From the human T2T-CHM13v2.0 reference genome, Homo sapiens: a stretch of DNA of 64,000 bases. Location of the stretch: NCBI RefSeq assembly GCF_009914755.1, contig NC_060939.1. One strand, written 5' to 3'. Positions within the stretch are counted from its first letter, which is position 1. Each line of letters starts with the position of its first letter. The translations under genes and the position numbers were made by a program. Shown piece by piece: positions 1 through 12,900 of this stretch. The notes beneath the pieces were generated by a model, which worked only from the letters and a program-made list of their open reading frames with translations, had not been told where the DNA came from and searched no databases.

Positions 1-764
1 CAAACCTTTCCTGTGTTGATCCCCCTGAAGAGATGGAGGGCCAGAGGCGGCGGCTCGGCTGCTCTCTTGCTGCTTTAACATGACTGCAGTGATTAGAAGT
101 CACAGCTTAAGAGGATATTGGGCAATAAACGGAAGCTCTCTGTGGCTGACGGCTGGCGATGCGTCTGGAGTTTGCACGCCTCTCTGAAAGCTCGTCAGTG
201 ACGGAAGCACTGCCTCTATGTGGCGGGGCTACCGACAGGAGGCGTTTTCTCTTTAGCACACCATTCCTACATTGAGTATCCGATTTCCCTCTCCTACAGG
301 ATGGGACGGGATGCATAAATGCATTCCCGGGGACCCCTCAGCACTTCTCTGCTGGGAAACAGGCAGGTTCCAGGGAGCTGGGAACACAGAGCCTCCTCTT
401 CCTGATGCCCCCAGCTACCAGCCTGGGTTGAGGATCCACTCCTGGGCTGCCTGACCTGCAGAGCCTGGGACATCAAAGCTGGCCTCTCCCAGGCCGCCAG
501 CGGAATGCCTCCTTCCTCTTCCAACTCTTTTATCTTTGGGGGATCCCTTTCCTGGGCCAGTTCATCCTTTCACTCCTAATCCTGCCTTGTCCAGCCAACA
601 GGTTTAAATGACAGCAGATGTGATGCATGACTTTGGGAGCCTTGCTTTGCCTTCCCTCTCCTGGACTCCTAGCTGCTTGGGGTCCTCTTCTCCCCAGTAC
701 TCTGATCTGGAAGAAAGAGGCAGGCTGAAGGAAATGAAGGCAGTAGCATAGTGCCTCCTGGGGA

Positions 765-900
765 AACTTCATCTCCCCTGTTTGTAAAATGCGAGTAAGA
801 ATTATGTCTACTTCACAGGTTGCTGCAAAGATTAAATGAGGCAACACTGGTGCAAGCCCCTGGAATAAGAGAAGATATGCTCAGTAAGTTTTCTTCCTTT
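765..900. mobile_element. MIR fragment (others near 15360-15560, 27900-28060, 41920-42080, 56650-56800)
   Basis: CTGTTTGTAAAATG...ACTTCACAGGTTGCTG..AAGATTAAATGAG MIR core. Confidence 0.7.
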
Positions 901-1837
901 GTTCTTTACTCCAAAAAAGAAACTTCTTCTATGGAGAATTCCAGTCCTCACAGCATTTGAGAAGGGAGACGGGGCTGGGGGTGTGTTGCAGCCCTCCACC
1001 GCCTCACCCTGCAAAAGCAGCTCCCTGCCTGGACCGCAGCATCCTCACCACTGCCAGCCTGCGGAAATGCAGAGTCGTGGGCTCTGCCCAGACCTGCTGC
1101 ATCAGAACCTGCATCTGGACATGAGGTGATCCTTCCAGTGCGGACCATGGTGCTAGTCTCCCTACTATGGGAGTGTCCCCCAAAAAATTTTGAACAGAAT
1201 GTTCTAAGATTTTAGACAGCAATTCGGAGGAACAGGTAATGTATATTTGATTGCATTAAATGCAGTTTGGTTGCACTAAATGGGCTGAAGAAACATTTCA
1301 AAATATTCCAAGAACAATCATTAACCCAGTAGAATGATTTTAAAGAAAATGCATGCTGAGCTTTATGGGGCTGAGCCTGATGAACAGGGAGAACCAGGAA
1401 CGTAAAGAGCACCCTCAGGAAGCCGTGAAGATGTCAGGAGCTGGGAGAAAAAGAGAAGACCGAGGGATGCAGAGGAGAGAGGGTGGGTGAGCCGCTACAG
1501 CCCATCCCCGGCCCAGACAGCGAGGGGAACTGGAGCAGGTGGAGGTGCTGGAGCGAAAGGAGGCGGATCTGGGCACAGCCCTGTGCTGTACGTGATGTGA
1601 TCAAGTGCTGCTTTGCCCAATTCGCCCATGTTGTGTAAAATGTAGAGATTCCGCCCATCCTCTCCCTTTCCATCCTAAGTGGACACACGATTTCCAGGAC
1701 TCGGAATCTTTACCCTCAATGGCTTTGGGCCTCTGACAGTTCAGCTTTTAGGAGAAATGCACCAACGTGGTAAATCCATAACACACTCCAAGCAGCGCCA
1801 CCGCCCTGACATTCCTCAGGTTTCGAGGGGGTTTTAC

Positions 1838-1925
1838 CTGAATCCTTCTTTACAGACAGTACATTTCTCAGGTTCATCCACGCACTTTTTACAGCTTGGG
1901 TGGCATTTAAGGCAATTTTTCTGAC
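1838..1925 (-). CDS. PCSK6: PCSK6 coding exon (~exon 18), Cys-rich: QKNCLKCHPSCKKCVDEPEKCTVCKEGF(S); gene continues beyond the window start
   Basis: tccag acceptor, CAG|gtaaaa donor; 88 nt; in ORF 1834..2103. Confidence 0.97.
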
Positions 1926-2573
1926 CTGGAGAAAAATAGCGAGATAAGAAAAGAGAAGGGACGACACTGACAGGAATGAAATCTGGGCAAGCAGGCCCCC
2001 GGCATTTCAAAGCGGGGGTGCGGGTGGGCTGTTCCCCGAGTCCACCTCCGGAATGGGTGGAAATAAAGCAGCCAGAGGCCGCTTGTACCTGGTGTGGGGT
2101 CACAGAATTCTCACCTCCCCTTTCTGAGGTAAAAACGGTCCTCAGACAACCACCAGGCCTCTGAGGTGGTTCTGCTTATTTCAACAGGGATGGAGGCCAA
2201 TTCCTGGTGGGCTGAGTAGAGTTTAACGAGGTGGAAATCTTCATAAACGTGGCCGGGTGTGGGCAGGTGGGGGGTGGAGAGCCTGAGGCTGCCGCTTGCC
2301 CACCACGGTGCTTTCTCAGGGAAACCTATGTATGAAGATCTGGCTGCTCTAGATGGTGAGACAGGAACCTACGGCGAGTCATCGTGCCTCTTGGGGAAGT
2401 TCTGGGTCACCCCAACTCCCACCTGCAATGTCATAACTTATTATCTGGGTTGGCGCCTCATGAAACACCACCATGCACCACTCCTAAGTGGCTGGGGTGC
2501 TCTGGGCCTGGGAGCTAACAGCTGCTTGCCACACCTGCACGTGTCCCCCTCAGGGCCCCCACAGGTGGCATCA

Positions 2574-3100
<527 letters not shown>

Positions 3101-4168
3101 TTAAAGATTTGCTGGGTCTTGTCCACAGGGGTAACGGCAGTGCCATGACAGGCCGGATCAATGACCCATCCTGAGCAGTAAGGGCCCAGAGAGGAGGGCC
3201 GTGGGGAGGCCTGCTACCTGGAAGACCACGAGTGCCAAACGGTAGCTTCTTTAATGTGTTTGAGAACTATCCCCTGTCAATTTAACCCAAGCCCTGCTTT
3301 TGTGTCTCCCAGGGCGAGGCGAATTACGAAAACATGGCATGGGGTCTTGGGCCTACAACTCCTGTCCAGCCCCCACCCTCCTGGGACAGCAAGACACCTG
3401 GCCTTGCGGCTCTGAGTCCGAGTCCCACCTCCATCATGACTAGTTGTGGCCTTTGCCCCTGCTCAGCTTTGATTCCCCATCTGTAGGACGAGGAAAACAC
3501 TGCCTGTCTAGTGTTCAGGGGTGCGGTTGCCACCTGTGAAATGCCCGGCAAAGACAAACCCATCCCTTCCGAGCCCAACTGACGTTGGTCAGCAGCTCCT
3601 TTTCATGTCTGGAGGTCTGCAAACCTTCCGCCCACATCTGACTCCCAATTTCATCTCCGCAGCTCTGCCGAGGAGGGCTCTCCCCCAGCTCTGACCACCA
3701 ATCCCATGTGCCCTGACCCACGCCCAGCGCACACATCCTGTGTTACAGAGAAGCCGATGGCATAGTCTTTCCTGGAGGAGAAATTACAGCACAGACAGCA
3801 GGACCTCCTCTTCTGATACCTGAAATCAGACTGAGTTCAAGAGTGGCTGGCCCTAGCCACCTCTCTGCCCTTGCTCAGTAGTGGACGTTGACTCTGTTGC
3901 AGGTGGGTGAAATTCCCTGGACAGCCAGGATGTCTCTCAGCATCACTTGGAACTTCTCCTGGCCAGGTCTGTGGGGAAGTGCTATTAACTAACAGGTCTG
4001 GGTGCTTTGATTTCATCATCTCTGCCTCCTTCCCTGTTCAAAGTCCTTACTCAGAACAACAAAATACACGGAAGCAGAAGGCTGGGAAATTCTCCCTGGA
4101 GAGAGGACACGGGCCCAGAAAGTTGGGGCTGGCTCATCAGTTCTTGTACCCACAAACAAGCCACTTAC

Positions 4169-4365
4169 TTTCATCAGCATAAAATCCTGCAGGACAGAGG
4201 GTCACACAGGTGTTCATCTCCTGGTGGTGATAGAACCCGCGGCGGCAAGACAGGCACTGCGTCGCAGCTCTGCTGGAGCAGGTCTCACACCCCTTGTGGC
4301 ACCGGCGACAGCGTCTTGCTGCTGTGTCCCCAAAGTAGCCCAAGGGGCACACACTCACGCACTTC
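4169..4365 (-). CDS. PCSK6: PCSK6 coding exon (~exon 17), Cys-rich: KCVSVCPLGYFGDTAARRCRRCHKGCETCSSRAATQCLSCRRGFYHHQEMNTCVTLCPAGFYADE(S)
   Basis: tacag acceptor, AAA|gtaagt donor; 197 nt; in ORF 4137..4403. Confidence 0.97.
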
Positions 4366-5695
4366 CTGTAGGAGCAAAGGCAGGAGGGTGAGGGCCTTGC
4401 CAACCCAGCCCCAGCCCCAGGCCTGCCCCTTTGTTTCCTCTGAGGAAACGAAGGCTTCAGGAGTGAATGTCAAACATGATGCCCTTTGTCTTGGTGAGTG
4501 CAGTTCTGAGGTTCCTACGTACACAGGTGGAGAGGCTGGAGGCCTTGCATAGAACCTGGGAATCCTTTCTTTTCAAAGCTGGCCCCGCTGGAAGGTCCTG
4601 AGGGTGCGCATGGTTTCCCAAGGGCATCGTGAGGTTCGTATTTGACTTTTGGAACTGTCGGCTCTGGCAAAACCCTCTCTCGGGCGCCCTCAGGGAGTGA
4701 GTCTTGTGGGCAGTGAGTGAGGCCAGCAGGGTGACAGCCTTTGCACTTTGGCCAGTGAGTGCGCTGTGGCTGGGAGCTCGAGGACGCCACGAGAGCCACA
4801 TGGGCACCCGGCTTGACCTTGCACGGCCGCACCCGTGCCTGAGCCCTCATGGGTGTGCACCAGTGGTTGGTGGGTGCATCTGTCACCCAGGCCTTTGGGG
4901 AGCCTAGCAGTGTCCTGTCATCGTGGCCTCTGAGGCCTGGCACATGCGGGGCATAATGGGTGCTCAGGGAAGTTTGTGAAATGAGAATGGACAACAGGGC
5001 AGCTGCAGGACTGGCAGGGAAGAGAATCTGAGAAAGTGGTGATGCCAGGAGCTGGAGGAGCTCCGTGGACAGAGCCCAGGGCCTGACTGCAGAGGCCACA
5101 CAGGAGGGCACACTCATCACAGAAGGGTCAGCCTGAACCGGGCAACTGGCCATATACGTGGGGTCCCAGGTCAGAGCTCCTGATATCCTCCCTTGGGGTA
5201 AACTCAGCCTCATGGGCTCTCTGGGGAGGTGCCAGGAGAGCTTCTGTGAAAGCCCCACACCCAGCCAGAGTCCAGAGACACTGAAAGAAAGACCATCAAC
5301 AGGCTTCAGCCTGTCCAAGAGCCATGTCCCCTGAGCTGGCCTGTGAGGACAGCACCAGGGCCTTGAATCGCATCCGTCTCCAGGCCCTCTGGGGCAGCCT
5401 TGGCACGCCCAACATGACCCACTTCTCTTTAACAACACAGATAGAAAAGGCTTTATAAGCACGGACGCCAACGTGCAACAGCTTCTAATTTCTCCGTAAT
5501 GGACATGTATGACTTGCATGATAGGAATGCCAAGTTACTAAAAATTTAAAAACTCCAAAGCAGTTAACTTCAGTGTGATGATTGTTTGGGGGTGCTACGT
5601 TACTTCCTAACTGGGGCATCAGGACATGGAGGGGCTAAGGATACAACTGGAAAGTCACTGAGTGGTGAGCCACAGGGCTGCGGGACATGCATTAC

Positions 5696-5798
5696 CTGCT
5701 GGTCTTGACACTCCCCAGGCTGAAGTGGACGCAGTTCAAGCACTGGTCTGCATTGGGGCCATCACAGCCTTTGTCACCACACTCCGGATGGCACACAC
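5696..5798 (-). CDS. PCSK6: PCSK6 coding exon (~exon 16), furin-like Cys-rich repeat: VCHPECGDKGCDGPNADQCLNCVHFSLGSVKTS(R)
   Basis: tttaag acceptor, CAG|gtaatg donor; 103 nt; FU repeat Cys spacing. Confidence 0.96.
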
Positions 5799-8700
5799 CT
5801 TAAAGAAACAAGCATTGCCTTTCATCCAGAGAGACGCCTTCTCCATCTACTGCAGTCCCGCGGATCCCTGTGTCAGGATATCGCAGCTTGGCAGGGTTGG
5901 GAGACGCTCCCAGGCCCCGCTGGGGCTGGACGGCCAGACGACAAGGCGGGAGCAGCCGTCCCTGCGGGTAACAGGCACAGCTGAGCCTCGCTGGGCTCCA
6001 GTGTCAGTCTGAGCACTCTAGACAGGGATGGCATGAGAAGGAGTGAAACATCCAGGGTGGGTACGCCACCCGGAGCAGGGAGGAGATGGGACTTGTGAGA
6101 GCCTGGAGGGGTAGCGGGGAGGGAGAGGCTGGAACAGCTGTTTCATTCACTCACTTGCACCAGTCATCATGCTGGGACCAGCCAGCACCTTTGACTTCCA
6201 CGTGGAGGACAGAGCAACACAAGAGGGGGTGCTGAGTGTCAGGGGAGCTGCTGGCAAGCTGATGAGCCAGGAGGAATTAGGTAGCCCCCCCGCAACTCGC
6301 TGTGGTGGGAATGGGGATGGATCTCCGCATGCTCAGGACCGCCTGGTGGGGCTGTTGCTGGCCAGGTCTAGGGTGGGGCAGGGACACAGCTAGACAGTGC
6401 TGTCCTAGGGTTGGGGGGCTGCTGTTTTCTGTGCTGAGGGCTGAGCCCCTTTCAGAACATCCCCTTTAGGCTTTCCTTGGAGCCCTTGGTGGGACGGCAG
6501 CTGTGTCTTCCCTCAAGTTCCCAGGGGTCCCCAGCTTCTCACTCCGGAGGCTGGTGTGTTGTTGGAAAAACAACTGAGAACTGCAGGCGAGCTGAGTAGA
6601 CGCCAGCAAACCTCACCCTCTAGGTCCTTCCCAGGTATCCCAGAGATGAAGCCAGTGTTAAAGGTCTACCCGTCAGGCGGGGGCGGGGCACGCTGCAGGG
6701 GTCCTCCCCACGCTGGTCGGCAGGAGTGACGCCTGAAGCTACAGCTGGGGTGGACTCCTGCCTACTGCCCACCTGTCCCTCCTACGCTGGGAAACGGCCC
6801 AGGGGACCCCGACAGCTCTGACACACAGGGACTAAGTGGGGCATGTGAAGGCTTTTGAGTTACTGGAAGAAAAACCTCCTCCTCCGAGGTGTGAGTTATG
6901 AGAGGGGATGGGGAGTGAGCTCAAGAGTAAAGACTAGTGAGTTGCTGGCCACCTTCATTTGGTGGGGACTTGAGGAAAAGACAAAAGTCCTCATTCTCTG
7001 CTGCCCACAGTGGGGTTTTGCTGGGGCACGCAAAGCCCTCTTCACTCGTCTTGAAGTCTCCAGACCTTGCCAGTGTTAGACCCAGTGAGGCTGGCTTCCC
7101 TCCCCGAAGGCTCTCTGGTGTTATTTCCCTAGTTTTCACTGGGGGGGCTTTGCGTGTCCCGGTTCCCACTGTGAACCCCTTTCAGAGCTGTGTGTATCCA
7201 CGAGGACACTCTAGATGCTGTTCCTGGGCGGTGCTGGTATCCTGGGTTCCAGATGCCACCCACCATTTCTAAAACTCATTACTAAACTCCTCCCCCCAGC
7301 TCCAGAGGGTTTACTATAATATTTTGGATCAATTCCCATCTGATTGGATTCTTTGCCCACCTCATCCTGGGTCATCTATGAGGACAGCCTCCAAAATCCT
7401 CATTTCTCGCACCATTGCTTTAAATTACCCATTGAGCCCAAAACTCCAGCTCAGCCACTGGGCTCTCGCCTTCCCACCCTCGCAGCTGGCCCAGCGAACG
7501 CGGGGCTGTCGTGGTGACTTGAGGACTTCTCTCCTGCCTTTTCCTGCAGCGTCTTCTCCCTGAGGAGGCAGCAGGTCTGTCTTGCTTGATAAAGTGAACA
7601 ATTTCCTTCATCTTAAGAAGATGAGGGCAGGAGTGCGACAGGGAGGCGGCAGACCAATCTTTTCACTCTTTCTAGACACGGAATGGGAGACGGGCGGGCA
7701 GGGCTTGGTTCGGTGTGTTCACTGCTAGATTCCTGGCATTAGGCACAGAGCAGGTGCTCAATCACTATTTGCTGAGCGGATGAGAGGAGGGTGGCTAGGA
7801 ACAGGGAAAGTGCAGATGTCCTCACCATCTCCAGACAGAATGTTCTAGGATGTCCTCGGAGGAGGACAGCCTTGGGGAGGGTCCTGAAGCAGTGCTCCCA
7901 GCTGCTGGTCCGGGTGTATGGACTTCACACCCCCCACCCCTGTTCCTGGGTCTCTCTGCAGTGGAAAGCTTATTCATAATTTTGCAAGGAGCCCAGTGCA
8001 AGGTTGGGGGCTATTCAACAGAGCTGCAGGGCCCCCACACTGCACTGAGGTCACCCACCGGTCAGGTTAAGACGATGCCCATCCAAGGGTGGAGATGCCT
8101 AGATGAATATCTGTAAACAAACCTCCCCAGTATGGCTGTCCACTTGAATTGTGTTTAAAAGCCAAATATCCAGGTTCCTCTCGCCCATGAAGCGTTCTTA
8201 AATTAAATCCACCTTGCTGTCCACGTGGTCCCAATCACTCCACCGCCTGAGCGTGTTCTGGTCCAGCTGCAGCTCATTCTCTGGGCAACCATGATGTTCG
8301 TGTTGCAATTTGTACTTAGGTCTGCTTTTCCCTTTGCCTCAATTAGCGTGACAGTTCCTCCAAGCCCCGCTGCCTTCTTGTGTCACTTCCCGTAACTCCT
8401 AGCAGGGGTCTCTTCATACAAGGGGGGCTCCGTTCACGTGCTGAACAGCCTGGCTAGCGGCTGATGCCTCTCTAGATGGGCTTAGACTGACACGGGTTTA
8501 TTTGAAAACTCCACCTTCAATCCTTTGTGGAGGAAATCCAGGATTTAAAAAAATACACAAACAAATAAATGTTAGAAGCAACTTGGGAGTTCTCCATGTG
8601 CTTTGCCGTTGCGCGCTCAGACCAACTGCCGATGGACAGGAGAGTTTGGTATCACCATCTTCTCCACCGTTCACGCCATCCAAGAACAGCACACCAGAAC

Positions 8701-10969
8701 CTCACTGGAGCAGTATCGGACCCGAGAGGCATGCAAGACTTGGGCCGATTAATTGCAGACAAGAGGTGCCCACGAGAATAAGAGTACACTGAGAACAAGT
8801 CTGGTTTCCTTCCTGACTGCTGTGCCCTGAGCAAGCGACCTGAGGCTTCTGGGCCTCTGCTTGAGCCTGTCGAGTAAGCACGGATGTGCTGAGCCTGTGA
8901 GCACACATGGTCCTGCTCCAGACATCACCCTCATCCTGTGAACTGTCTCCTGTACCGGTGGAGCTGCCCTGGAACTCCGTCTTCCAGACGATGCCACGTG
9001 GGTTCTTGGCTTCCCTTGCAGTCCTGTGTGGATGACCACAGTGTCCTGAGCTGATCTCAGCCCACTCAGCTTCCTTTGCTCAACCATGGCTTCTTTCCTG
9101 AGGCCCAGGCTTCCCTGTGTTTCCATGCCAGTAATGTCCTGGCCTCCCAGCCACTCTCTTGCAGGAACCCAAGCTCTTCCCTGCCTCCTGCCCCCATCCT
9201 CGCTGGTTTCATTATCTGCCAGCTCCCTAAGCCCACGGTGCCTGCAGGCACCTAAGAGTGGTTGCTACAGGTGCAGACCCCCAGGCGTCCCACACCTGCT
9301 GAATCCCAGTCTCTGGGCGGGGGGACAGCCCAGGGTCTGCTCTCAACTCAGCACCCTGCGGAGTCCCTGGGGTGGCCTCCACCTGCACTTTGGCCACCAG
9401 ACGGCTCTGGCCTAGCAGGTTGGCTGTCACCACAAAGTTGTCCACCTTCAGAACCACAGCACTGACATCTTCCTTGTGCCCCACGCTGCCCACTGCAGCT
9501 GCTGCCCTTTCTCCCAGCCAGATGCTCTGGTCCTCAACCTTCCTCTCCAGGGACCATCTTGCCTGCTGCTGTCCTGGGACCCTGGCCATTTGCAAGTACT
9601 CCCTAGGCTTCCCTCGTCCCCCTCGCTCACTTCCTCTATTTCTTGGCAACTGCTCTCTTGCCCAAAGAGTCCAGGTGCAGCCTCCACTGGCCTGGGCCCG
9701 TCACTCCTGATGCACCATGACCATGGCCGGCTCCGCACACCCCGTCTCATATCCACCTGACCTTGCATTGGACTCTAACGTGGCTCGTCCTCCTCCTTTG
9801 GCTTCCATACTCTGGCACCGTCTGGTTCTCACCTCCTCTGTCACTCTGTCCTGGTCTCTGAATAGGCTCTCCTGCTGTCTCTGGTCTGCCCATCCCACTC
9901 ACCCCTGAGACTTGAGGGGGCTTCTCTGAGAGCCAGGAATGCATCTCCTTCCCATGGAGACCCCCTCTCTCCACCTAATCCCTGCTCAGTAGACTGCTGG
10001 ACTGCAGAATGGTATCACAGTGAGGTTCCATTGTGCAAGGCTGAAGTCAGTAGCAGATTTTAAGAAAAAAATCAGTTCCTTATTAATAATTACTGAATCT
10101 TGCCACAGTTTATAAATCACAGGGGGAAACAGAGCAGATTAGTCCATACATAATTCAATGCTCTATTTTAAAGGAATAGTAGAAGAAATTTAAAATGGAA
10201 TTGACCGTAATTTATACTTGATATGTGTTGGTGGAATTTTCCATTTGTTATTTGTTTTTCACAGAAGATATTAGATAACTTAAAGCATCAGTGTTCTTAG
10301 ATATCACCCATCATTTATCATTTAGCCGTAGTATTTAGCTAAGGAAAATATGTCCAACCAGAAATACCTCTTCTCACACAAATTGCTACAGGAGGGCTCA
10401 GAGGGAGAAGAACAGCTTCTAGTCTAACAAACGAATAAAAGCCATGTCCAGCTCAGTGGCTGGAGCTTCTCTGGGCAGCTGTGGTTTTGGCCGCCTTGTG
10501 GAGTGAACTGGCGGCCCCAAACCAGGGCCCACCTTGGCAATGGGATGATTGGAGAAAAACGATTCATGCAGGGCCTTTTTAGATGCTGTAAGATTTTCAA
10601 GGCATCTGTGAAGCATCAGTATCTGCTGACATCATCTCTTGAGATCCTCTCTGGGTCTTTAACCCTAGGCCTCCAGGCTGGTCAGGATCTCTGCCACGAA
10701 GTCCTTTCCCAGCTGTGCTCCTTGAACCCAACCTTCCTGGATCCTTGGGAGTAACTGTGTCCTTCCCACATCCTGACCTCAAGGACTGAAAGTGGATGTA
10801 CTTGAGGGAGTCAGGAGGCTGAGCTGTGAGATGGGGGCCTTTGGAAAGGGGGTGCTCCTAGAAGTGGCTAACTTACCAGGGGGCAAGACCCCATTCTGGT
10901 TGGGCATATAGACCCTGCTCTCCCAGCTGGGAAGGTTGGAAAATACTTACTGGTTTGAAGCATACTTAC

Positions 10970-11008
10970 TGGTCTGTAAAATATTAGCAGAGCCTGGGGT
11001 GGATTGAG
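10970..11008 (-). CDS. PCSK6: PCSK6 39-nt cassette exon (~exon 15): (A)QSTPGSANILQT(S); inclusion or skipping gives A-I versus A-II type isoforms
   Basis: cacag acceptor, CCA|gtaagt donor; symmetric phase 1-1. Confidence 0.9.
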
Positions 11009-11171
11009 CTGTGTGAGTGCAAATTGCCATGATTATTATGACTCCCAGGCAAGAGAAGACACACAACCATCAGCCCCACCTTTGCCAGGAGCAGCCCTAC
11101 ATTTTAAGAGCTACTCTGGACAATCAAAGCTCGTGGAAGCTGGCCGTCTCCTCTTACTTCAGGCTCATTAC

Positions 11172-11351
11172 CTGTGTAATCTTCCTCATCTTCAGGAACT
11201 TCCACCTGGGAGGGTGACAGGGCAGCCTTGGGTGGCTCCAGCTCTGGGGCTGAGAGCTCCAGCATCCGCGAGCGGGACTGATGGGCACTGAAGGTGTGGT
11301 ACGGGTGCTCTGCTGTGCCATACAGTATGAGGCTCCATTCTTTCAACTTCC
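11172..11351 (-). CDS. PCSK6: PCSK6 coding exon (~exon 14): (G)KLKEWSLILYGTAEHPYHTFSAHQSRSRMLELSAPELEPPKAALSPSQVEVPEDEEDYT; end of P domain plus linker
   Basis: ttccag acceptor, CAG|gtaatg donor; 180 nt; WxLILYGT P-domain terminus. Confidence 0.97.
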
Positions 11352-12224
11352 CTGGAAGGCACCAAACCCACAGAGTTACCTGCCTGTGCCAAGACCTCTG
11401 TCACTCACAGAAATAAGCCAAATGCTGCCTGGCTCCTCCCCTGATAGCTGGGCTCTGGCCTGCTACCTTCACTTCCTGGTTACCTGCTGGCCAGCTGTGC
11501 ACCTATTGCCCAGGCCACATGCTGCTTTCCCCCAGTGTCTCATTCCTGCAAGCCAGTGCCCTTTTATTCCTGTTCTATCGAGCTGCCCTCCGCTTCCTGT
11601 CCCTGCTGGGATGGAGGTCAGCCGGGCTGGACTCTCCACTGTCCTGGAGGCTGTCCTCCGCCCTGCTGATCTCACTGCAGCCTCCCTCGATGCTGCCTCC
11701 CCGATGCCTAGCAGCAGCCACCTTCCCGTCTTGGGATATCCGGTGGGTAAATCTGGTGCCAGGCCTGGCTGTGAGTCTTGCCCTACAGCATCCAAGTGTG
11801 ATAACTGGGTTGCATGGAGGAGTCCTGCTGTTTGGATCCTTGATCCTAGATCATGGGAAGACTCAGTCTTGGGCTCTCTCCTCCACAGCTAGCCCAGGAC
11901 AGTGAGGGATGTTCTGGGGGATAGCAGTGCTGGTAAAAACCCAAATGTCTGCAGAAGCTGGGTGGAGGAAGAACATCTTTGAAAGCAGGGGGATGAGTAG
12001 ACAGACACCAGGCTCCATGGGGGACATCAGAGACAGACAGACACAGGAAAGACAGTGCTGATGGGAGAGCTCCCAGCCAACATGGGGGCAGCTGGGGTCC
12101 CGCCCCACCGACAGCTCCACAGGGAGCGATGGCCCATGCAGCTGTCTGTTCTCAGGTATCAAGCAAAGTGAAAATCCTGGTAGCAATTTCCAGGTGAATT
12201 CCTGATGTTATAAAACACATTATA

Positions 12225-12405
12225 AACAGTCCCCAATTTATGACAGTTTGACTTACAATTTTTTGACTTTACAATGGTGTGGAAGCCAGATGCATTCAGT
12301 ACACTCCTAGACTTAATGATGGGGCTATGTTGGGATGAATCCACCATAAGTTGAAAATATCATCGAAATAAGTCAACTTGCAATTTGTAAGTCAAAGAGC
12401 ATCTA
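12225..12405. mobile_element. Short Tigger-family (MER47-like) element
   Basis: GACTTACAATTTTTTGACTTTACAATGGTG...GTAAGTCAAAGAGCATCT. Confidence 0.6.
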
Positions 12406-12890
12406 TGCAATTAATTAACGCCTATCTGCAGGCCGACTCTGCTGCTGGCCACTGGTTTAAGCTTCTTCTTCTTCTTTTTTTTAACCACGGCATCCCCAGA
12501 ATTCAGAGCAGGGTTACTGTTTAGAAGGTCATCACCCCACATAGTTGAGGGGGCCAGGGGCCAGTGTGACCTGCCCAAGGACAGCTGCTCATGCTGACGG
12601 GGCTCCCGGACGCCCCAGCCTTTCAATGTTTGTTTCTAATTGGATTGGCTCAATAGGAAACACATGCACACACATGTTCAGCTGTGAACCCCCTCAGTGG
12701 GCCCTCATGACTGTCTCCTGCGACCCAAGCTGGGGACAGGGCCATTGCTGGCTCAATGTCTCTGTTGGCTGAAAAATCCCCGCTTCCTCTTCCTTTCCTG
12801 CCATGGGGTTTCTTGGCAATCAGAATGGTTTCGGGGAGGAAGAATACTGCTCTGATTCTTTGCTGTTGACTGTGTTTTCTCAACACTTAC

Positions 12891-12900
12891 CTCTGCCCAT
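12891..12900 (-). CDS. PCSK6: Candidate internal first-exon coding part ATG GGC AGA G (MGR-G), in frame with exon 11172-11351
   Basis: gcgagcATGG strong Kozak (A at -3, G at +4) followed by consensus GAG|gtaagt donor in phase 1; 5' end of exon unknown. Confidence 0.55.

Noticed and set aside
4515-5519. 334-aa minus-strand ORF
   Set aside because: Lies in a GC-rich intron, has no recognisable domain, and is not connected to the upstream exon (read-through hits AGG TAA at once); likely chance
10445-10490. CPAQWLEL..LGSCGF resembling the start of a C-type lectin domain
   Set aside because: Needs an assumed frameshift and no further lectin motifs follow
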